In this document: positions 55,101-64,000 of the stretch, in pieces
Position numbering within the stretch: position 1 is the stretch's first letter
Layout of the letters: each line of letters starts with the position of its first letter
Assembly: GCF_964355755.1 (NCBI RefSeq)
Contig: NC_092676.1
Location: 12,510,771 to 12,574,770 of the forward strand
Reading direction: 5' to 3'
DNA length: 64,000 bases
Source of the DNA: Antedon mediterranea
Taxonomy: Eukaryota; Animalia; Echinodermata
Program-made: the position numbers and the translations under genes
Notes under the pieces: generated by a model
The model's database searches: none
What the model saw: only the letters and a program-made list of their open reading frames with translations
Told to the model about the DNA's origin: nothing

Positions 55101-58100
55101 CAAAAACATCAAAGTGCACAAAATAGCTTCAAATCGCATTTAGAGATGTTTTAGACCATTTTGTGCAATTCGATAAAACTTTTCACACAAAAACATCAAA
55201 TTGCACAAAATAGCTTAATATCGTGTTTGAAAACGTTTTAGACCATTTTGAGCATGTCGATAAAACTTTTCACACAAAAACATAAAAGTGAACAGAATAG
55301 CTTCAAATTGCATTTGGAGACGTTTTAGAGCATTTTGTGCATTTCGATAAAATGTGTTAACATAAAAAGACCAAAGTGTTTAGAATATCTTCAAATCACA
55401 TTTGGAGACGTTTTAGACCATTTTTTGCATTTCGATGAAACTTGGTTACACAAAAACATCAAAGTGCTTAAAATCACATTTAAAACCGTTTTAGAGCATT
55501 TTGAGCATTTCGATAAAACTTTTCACACAAAAACATCAAAGTGTACAAAATAGCTTCAAAGCGCATTTAGAGAGGTTTTAGACCATTTTGTGCATTTCGA
55601 TAAAACTTTTCACACAAAAACATCAAAGTGTACAAAATAACTTCAAATCGTATTTAGAGACGTTTTAGACCATTTTGTGCATTTTGATAAAACTTTTCAC
55701 ACAAAAACATCAAATTGCACAAAATAGCTTAATATCGTGTTTGAAAACGTTTTAAACCATTTTCAGCATGTCGATAAAACTTTTCACACAAAAATATCAA
55801 AGTGCACAGAATATCTTCAAATCGCATTTAGAGACGTTTTAGACCATTTTGTGCATTTCGAAAAAATTTGTTAACATAAAAAGACCAAAGTGTTTAGAAT
55901 ATCTCCAAATCGCATTTGGAGACGTTTTAGACCATTTTGTGTTTTTCGAAAAAACTTTTCACACAAAAACATCAAAGTGTACAAAATTCCTTCAAATCGC
56001 ATTTAGAGATGTTTTAGACCATTTTGTGCATTTCGAAAAAATTTGTTAACATAAAAAGACCAAAGTGTTTAGAATATCTCCAAATCGCATTTGGAGACGT
56101 TTTAGACCATTTTGTGCATTTCGATGACACTTGGTTACACAAAAACATCAAAGTGCTTAAAATCACATTTAAAACCGTTTTAGAGCGTTTTGAGCATTTC
56201 GATAAACTTTTCAAACAAAAACATCAAAGTGTACAAAATAGCTTCAAATCGTATTTGGAGACGTTTTAGACCATTTTGTGCGTTTCGATGAATCTTGGTT
56301 ACACAAAAACATCAAAGTGCTTAAAATCAAATTTAAAACCGTTTTAGTGCATTTTGAGCATTTCGATAAAACTTTTCACACAAAAACATCAAAGTGCACA
56401 AAATAGCTTCAAATCGCATTTAGAGATGTTTTAGACCATTTTGTGCGTTTCGATAAAACTTTTCACACAAAAACATCAAATTGCACAAAATAGCTTAATA
56501 TCGTGTTTGAAAACGTTTTAGACCATTTTGAGCATGTCGATAAAACTTTTCACACAAAAACATCAAAGTTTACAAAATAGCTTCAAATCACATTTGGAGA
56601 CGTTTTAAACCATTTTGTGCATTTCGAAAAAAACTTTTTAACATAAAAACACCAAAGTGCTTAGAATAGCTTCAAATCGCATTTGGAGACGTTTTAGACC
56701 ATTTTGTGCATTTCGATGAAACTTGGTTACACAAAAACATCAAAGTGCTTAAAATCACATTTGAAACCGTTTTAGAGCATTTTGAGCATTTCGATAAAAC
56801 TTTTCACACAAAAACATCAAAGTTTACAAAATAGCTTCAAATCACATTTGAAACCGTTTTAGACCATTTTGAGCATTTCGATAAAACTTTTCACACAAAA
56901 ACATCAAAGTGTACAAAATAGCTTCAAATCGCATTTGGAGACGTTTTAGACCATTTTGTGCATTTCGATGAAACTTGGTTACACAAAAACATCAAAGTGC
57001 TTAAAATCACATTTGAAACCGTTTTAGACCATTTTGAGCGTTTCGATAAAACTTTTCACACAAATAAATCAGAGTGCACAAAATAGCTTCAAATCGCATT
57101 TGGAGACGTTTTAGACTATTTTGTGCATTTCGAAAAAATTTGTTAACATAAAAAGACCAAAGTGTTTAGAATATCTCCAAATCGCATTTGGAGACGTTTT
57201 AAACCATTTTGTGCATTTCGATGGAACTTGGTTACACAAAAACATCAAAGTGCTTAAAATCACATTTAAAACCGTTTTAGAGCATTTTGAGCATTTCGAT
57301 AAAACTTTTCACACAAAAACATCAAAGTGTACAAAATAGCTTCAAATCGCATTTAGAGACGTTTTAGACCATTTTGTGCATTTTGATAAAACTTTTCACA
57401 CAAAAACATCAAATTGCACAAAATAGCTTAATATTGTGTTTGAAAACGTTTTAAACCATTTTGAGCATGTCGATAAAACTTTTCACACAAAAATATCAAA
57501 GTGCCCAGAATATCTTCAAATCGCATTTAGAGACGTTTTAGACCATTTTGTGCATTTCGAAAAAATTTGTTAACATAAAAAGACCAAAGTGATTATCTCC
57601 AAATCGCATTTGGAGACGTTTTAGACCATTTTGTGTTTTTCGAAAAAACTTTTCACACAAAAACATCAAAGTGTACAAAATTGCTTCAAATCGCATTTGG
57701 AGACGTTTTAGACCATTTTGTGATTTTCGAAAAACTTTTCACACAAAAACATCAAAGTGTAGAAAATTGCTTCAAATCGCATTTAGAGACGTTTTAGACC
57801 ATTTTGTGCATTTCGAAAAAATTTGTTAACATAAAAAGACCAAAGTGTTTAGAATATTTCCAAATCGCATTTGGAGACGTTTTAGACCATTTTGTGCATT
57901 TCGATGAAACTTGGTTACACAAAAACATCAAAGTGCTTAAAATCACATTTAAAACCGTTTTAGAGCGTTTTGAGCATTTCGATAAACTTTTCACACAAAA
58001 ACATCAAAGTGCACAAAATAGCATTTAGAGATGTTTTAGACCATTTTGTGCATTTCGATAAAACTTTTCACACAAAAACATCAAATTGCACAAAAAAGCT

Positions 58101-61100
58101 TAATACCGTGTTTGAAATCGTTTTAAACCAATTTGAGCATGTCGATAAAACTTTTCACACAAAAAAATCAAAGTGCACAGAATATCTTCAAATCGCATTT
58201 AGAGACGTTTTAGACCATTTTGTGCATTTCGAAAAAATTTGTTAACATAAAAAGACCAAAGTGTTTAGAATATCTCCAAATCGCATTTGGAGACGTTTTA
58301 AACCATTTTGTGCATTTCGATGGAACTTGGTTACACAAAAACATCAAAGTGCTTAAAATCACATTTGAAAGCGTTTTAGAGCATTTTTAGCATTTCGATA
58401 ATACTTTTCACACAAAAACATCAAAGTGTACAGAATAGCTTCAAATCGCATTTGGAGACGTTTTAGACCATTTTGTGCATTTCGATGAAACTTGGTTACA
58501 CAAAAACATCAAAGTGCTTAAAATCACATTTGAAACCGTTTTAGAGCATTTTTAACATTTCGATAATACTTTTCACACAAAAACATCAAAGTGTACAAAA
58601 TAGCTTCAAATCGCATTTGGAGACGTTTTAGACCATTTTGTGCATTTCGATGAAACTTGGTTACACAAAAACATCAAAGTGCTTAAAATCACATTTGAAA
58701 GCGTTTTAGAGCATTTTTAGCATTTCGATAATACTTTTCACACAAAAACATCAAAGTGCACAAAATAGCTTCAAATCGCATTTAGAGATGTTTTAGACCA
58801 TTTTGTGCATTTCGATAAAACTTTTCACACAAAAACATCAAATTGCACAAAATAGCTTAATACCGTGTTTGAAATCATTTTAAACCATTTTGAGCATGTC
58901 GATAAAACTTTTCACACAAAAACATCAAAGTTTTTAGAATATCTCCAAATCGCATTTGGAGACGTTTTAGACCATTTTGTGCATTTCGATGAAACTTGGT
59001 TACACAAAAACATCAAAGTGCTTAAAATCACATTTGAAACCGTTTTAGAGCATTTTGAGCATTTCGATAAAACTTTTCAAACAAAAACATCAAAGTGTAC
59101 AAAATAGCTTCAAATCACATTTGAAACCGTTTTAGACCATTTTGAGCATTTCGATAAAACTTTTCACACAAAAACATCAAAGTGTACAAAATAGCTTCAA
59201 ATCGCATTTGGAGACGTTTTAGACCATTTTGTGCATTTCGATGAAACTTGGTTACACAAAAACATCAAAGTGCTTAAAATCACATTTGAAACCGTTTTAG
59301 AGCATTTTTAGCATTTCGATAATACTTTTCACACAAAACATCAAAGTGTACAAAATAGCTTCAAATCGCATTTGGAGACGTTTTAGACCATTTTGTGCAT
59401 TTCGATGAAACTTGGTTACACAAAAACATCAAAGTGCTTAAAATCACATTTGAAACCGTTTTAGACCATTTTGAGCATTTCGATAAAACTTTTCACACAA
59501 AAAAATCAAAGTGCACAAAATAGCTTCAAATCGCATTTGGGGACGTTTTAGACTATTTTGTGCATTTCGAAAAAAATTGTTAACATAAAAAGACCAAAGT
59601 GTTTAGAATATCTCCAAATCGCATTTGGAGACGTTTTAAACCATTTTGTGCATTTCGATGGAACTTGGTTACACAAAAACATCAAAGTGCTTAAAATCAC
59701 ATTTAAAACCGTTTTAGAGCATTTTTAGCATTTCGATAAAACTTTTCACACAAAAACATCAAAGTGTACAAAATAGCTTCAAATCGCATTTAGAGAGGTT
59801 TTAGACAATTTTGTGCATTTCGATAAAACTTTTCACACAAAAACATCAAAGTGTACAAAATAGCTTCAAATTGCATTTAGAGACGTTTTAGACCATTTTG
59901 TGCATTTCGATAAAACTTTTCACACAAAAACATCAAATTGCACAAAATCGTTTTAAACCATTTTAAATCGTTTTAAACCATTTTGAGCATTTCGATAAAA
60001 CTTTTCACAAAAAACATCAAAGTGCACAGAATAGCTTCAAATTGCATTTGGAGACGTTTTAGAGCATTTTGTGCATTTCGATAAAATGTGTTAACATAAA
60101 AAGACCAAAGTGTTTAGAATATCTTCAAATCACATTTGGAGACGTTTTAGACCATTTTGTGCATTTCGATGAAACTTGGTTACACAAAAACATCAAAGTG
60201 CTTAAAATCACATTTGAAACCGTTTTAGAGCATTTTTAGCATTTCGATAAAACTTTTCACACAAAAACATCAAAGTGTACAAAATAGCTTCAAATCGCAT
60301 TTAGAGACGTTTTAGACCATTTTGTGCATTTCGAAAAAATTTGTTAACATAAAAAGACCAAAGTGTTTAGAATATCTCCAAATCGCATTTGGAGACGTTT
60401 TAGACCATTTTGTGCATTTCGATGAAACTTGGTTACACAAAAACATCAAAGTGCTTAAAATCACATTTGAAACCGTTTTAGAGCATTTTTAGCATTTCGA
60501 TAATACTTTTCACACAAAAACATCAAAGTGTACAAAATAGCTTCAAATCGCATTTGGAGACGTTTTAGACCATTTTGTGCATTTCGATGAAACTTGGTTA
60601 CACAAAAACATCAAAGTGCTTAAAATCACATTTGAAACCGTTTTAGACCATTTTGAGCATTTCGATAAAACTTTTCACACAAAAAAATCAAAGTGCACAA
60701 AATAGCTTCAAATCGCATTTGGAGACGTTTTAGACTATTTTGTGCATTTTGAAAAAATTTGTTAACATAAAAAGACCAAAGTGTTTAGAATATCTCCAAA
60801 TCGCATTTGGAGACGTTTTAAACCATTTTGTGCATTTCGATGGAACTTGGTTACACAAAAACATCAAAGTGCTTAAAATCACATTTAAAACCGTTTTAGA
60901 GCATTTTGAGCATTTCGATAAAACTTTTCACACAAAAACATCAAAGTGTACAAAATAGCTTCAAATCGCATTTAGAGACGTTTTAGACCATTTTGTGCAT
61001 TTCGATAAAACTTTTCACACAAAAACATCAAATTGCACAAATAGCTTAATACCGTGTTTGAAATCGTTTTAAACCATTTTGAGCATGTCGATAAAACTTT

Positions 61101-64000
61101 TCACAAAAAAACATCAAAGTGCACAGAATAGCTTCAAATCGCATTTGGAGACGTTTTAAACCATTTTGTGCATTTCGATAAAACTTTTCACATAAAAACA
61201 ACAAAGTGTACAAAATAGCTTCAAATCGCATTTGGAGACGTTTTAGACCATTTTGTGTATTTCGATGAAACTCATCAAAGTGCTTAAAATCACATTTGAA
61301 ACCGTTTTAGAGCATTTTGAGCATTTCGATAAAACTTTTCACACAAAAACATCAAAGTTTACAAAATAGCTTCAAATCACATTTGAAACCGTTTTAGACC
61401 ATATTGAGCATTTCGATAAAACTTTTCACACAAAAAAATCAAAGTGTACAAAATAGCTTCAAATCGCATTTGGAGACGTTTTAGACCATTTTGTGTATTT
61501 CGATGAAACTTGGTTACACAAAAACATCAAAGTGCTTAAAATCACATTTGAAAGCGTTTTAGAGCATTTTTAGCATTTCGATAATACTTTTCACACAAAA
61601 ACATCAAAGTGTACAAAATAGCTTCAAATCGCATTTGGAGACGTTTTAGACCATTTTGTGCATTTCGATGAAACTTGGTTACACAAAAACATCAAAGTGC
61701 TTAAAATCACATTTAAAACAGTTTTAGAGCATTTTGAGCATTTCGATAAAACTTTTCACACAAAAACATCAAAGTGTACAAAATAGCTTCAAATCGCATT
61801 TAGAGACGTTTTAGACCATTTTGTGCATTTCGAAAAAATTTGTTAACATAAAAAGACCAAAGTGTTTAGAATATCTCCAAATCGCATTTGGAGACGTTTT
61901 AGACCATTTTGTGCATTTCAATGAAACTTGGTTACACAAAAACATCAAAGTGCTTAAAATCACATTTGAAACCGTTTTAGAGCATTTTTAGCATTTCGAT
62001 AATACTTTTCACACAAAAACATCAAAGTGTACAAAATAGCTTCAAATCGCATTTAGAGAGGTTTTAGACCATTTTGTGCATTTCGATAAAACTTTTCACA
62101 CAAAAACATCAAAGTGTACAAAATAGCTTCAAATCGCATTTAGAGACGTTTTAGACCATTTTGTGCATTTCGATAAAACTTTTCACACAAAAACATCAAA
62201 TTGCACAAAATAGCTTAATACCGTGTTTGAAATCGTTTTAAACCATTTTGAGCATGTCGATAAAACTTTTCACAAAAAAACATCAAAGTGCACAGAATAG
62301 CTTCAAATCGCATTTGGAGACGTTTTAAACCATTTTGAGCATTTCGATAAAACTTTTCACACAAAAACATCAAAGTGTACAAAATAGCTTCAAATCGCAT
62401 TTAGAGAGGTTTTAGACCATTTTGTGCATTTCGATAAAACTTTTCACACAAAAACATCAAATTGCACAAAATAGCTTAATATCGTGTTTGAAAACGTTTT
62501 AAACCATTTTGAGCATGTCGATAAAACTTTTCACACAAAAATATCAAAGCGCACAGAATATCTTCAAATCGCATTTAGAGACGTTTTAGACCATTTTGTG
62601 CATTTCGAAAAAATTTGTTAACATAAAAAGACCAAAGTGTTTAGAATATCTCCAAATCGCATTTGGAGACGTTTTAGACCATTTTGTGCATTTCGATGAA
62701 ACTTGATTACACAAAAACATCAAAGTGCTTAAAATCACATTTAAAACCGTTTTAGAGCGTTTTGAGCATTTCGATAAACTTTTCACACAAAAACATCAAA
62801 GTGCACAAAATAGCTTCAAATCGCATTTAGAGATGTTTTAGACCATTTTGTGCATTTCGATAAAACTTTTCACACAAAAACATCAAATTGCACAAAAAAG
62901 CTTAATACCGTGTTTGAAATCGTTTTAAACCAATTTGAGCATGTCGAAAAAACTTTTCACACAAAAACATCAAAGTGCACAGAATATCTCCAAATCGCAT
63001 TTGGAGACGTTTTAGACCATTTTGTGCATTTCGATGAAACTTGGTTACACAAAAACATCAAAGTGCTTAAAATCACATTTGAAACCGTTTTAGAGCATTT
63101 TGAGCATTTCGATAATACTTTTCACACAAAACATCAAAGTGTACAAAATAGCTTCAAATCGCATTTGGAGACGTTTTAGACCATTTTGTGCATTTCGATG
63201 AAACTTGGTTACACAAAAACATCAAAGTGCTTAAAATCACATTTGAAACCGTTTTAGACCATTTTGAGCATTTCGATAAAACTTTTCACACAAAAAAATC
63301 AAAGTGCACAAAATAGCTTCAAATCGCATTTGGGGACGTTTTAGACTATTTTGTGCATTTCGAAAAAAATTGTTAACATAAAAAGACCAAAGTGTTTAGA
63401 ATATCTCCAAATCGCATTTGGAGACGTTTTAAACCATTTTGTGCATTTCGATGGAACTTGGTTACACAAAAACATCAAAGTGCTTAAAATCACATTTAAA
63501 ACCGTTTTAGAGCATTTTTAGCATTTCGATAAAACTTTTCACACAAAAACATCAAAGTGTACAAAATAGCTTCAAATCGCATTTAGAGAGGTTTTAGACA
63601 ATTTTGTGCATTTCGATAAAACTTTTCACACAAAAACATCAAAGTGTACAAAATAGCTTCAAATTGCATTTAGAGACGTTTTAGACCATTTTGTGCATTT
63701 CGATAAAACTTTTCACACAAAAACATCAAATTGCACAAAATCGTTTTAAACCATTTTAAATCGTTTTAAACCATTTTGAGCATGTCGATAAAACTTTTCA
63801 CAAAAAACATCAAAGTGCACAGAATAGCTTCAAATTGCATTTGGAGACGTTTTAGAGCATTTTGTGCATTTCGATAAAATGTGTTAACATAAAAAGACCA
63901 AAGTGTTTAGAATATCTTCAAATCACATTTGGAGACGTTTTAGACCATTTTTTGCATTTCGATGAAACTTGGTTACACAAAAACATCAAAGTGCTTAAAA
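34140..64000 (+). repeat. Higher-order repeat unit, copy 2 (partial; corresponds to 1-29861)
   Basis: Constant +34,139 offset to the window end. Substitutions seen by eye: 12 g/34151 a, 48 c/34187 t, 12238 a/46377 c. Confidence 0.97.

Larger units (their letters stand above)
1..64000 (+). repeat. Tandem satellite DNA array of 77/87/88-bp monomers, head-to-tail in one orientation (probably centromeric/pericentromeric)
   Basis: The motif aaaaacatcaaagtg...gcattt...gttttagaccattttgtgcatttcgataaaacttttcacac recurs continuously. Monomer starts counted at 1, 78, 166, 254, 331, 418, 505, 592, 680 give lengths 77, 88, 88, 77, 87, 87, 87, 88. No non-repeat sequence was seen. The centromeric location is inferred, not shown. 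Confidence 0.98.

Noticed and set aside
137-63179. Over 100 short repetitive ORFs (61-124 aa; MCISKKFVNIKRPK..., MKSLSKCSK...) as a peptide gene family or repeat protein
   Set aside because: They are translations of the satellite: 87 bp is 29 codons, so frames stay open briefly. Most start at TTG/GTG, most plus-strand ORFs end at a monomer-encoded stop such as the TAG in aaaatagc, and 77/88-bp units and 1-bp indels shift frames freely. There is no recognisable domain or gene context.
1-64000. CRISPR array or other repeat-spacer system
   Set aside because: There are no unique spacers. The variable segments are homologous variants of the same monomer, and no cas or other genes are present.
1-64000. 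Assignment to a named satellite family or organism, or a CENP-B box
   Set aside because: I do not recognise the monomer as a known family and see no canonical 17-bp CENP-B box. A BLAST, Dfam or satellite database search is required.
1-64000. Transposon insertions, strand inversions, telomeric repeats or rDNA/tRNA units
   Set aside because: No interruption, orientation switch, TTAGGG/TTTAGGG tract or structural RNA sequence was seen. The similarity between strands is explained by the monomer's internal dyad symmetry.

Overview
The whole 64-kb window is one uninterrupted, single-orientation, AT-rich tandem satellite array. I found no protein-coding genes, RNA genes, transposons or unique sequence. 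The basic monomer is 87-88 bp, with a common 77-bp class that lacks 10 bp. A few monomer classes follow each other in a constrained order to form 5-8-monomer modules (426, 514, 670, 676 bp). These modules are duplicated at kilobase scale (840, 1358, 1610, 3206, 10090, 11448 bp offsets and others). Above all of this sits a very large higher-order repeat (HOR) of exactly 34,139 bp (roughly 400 monomers): positions 1-29861 recur at 34140-64000 with no net indel, and I saw only three substitutions. Each monomer carries A/T tracts phased at about 10 bp and nested dyad symmetries, and many variants are CpG->TpG/CpA changes. This architecture is typical of eukaryotic centromeric or pericentromeric satellite DNA, but the centromeric role is an inference and I cannot name the organism or satellite family. 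All ORFs in the track are by-products of the repeat.
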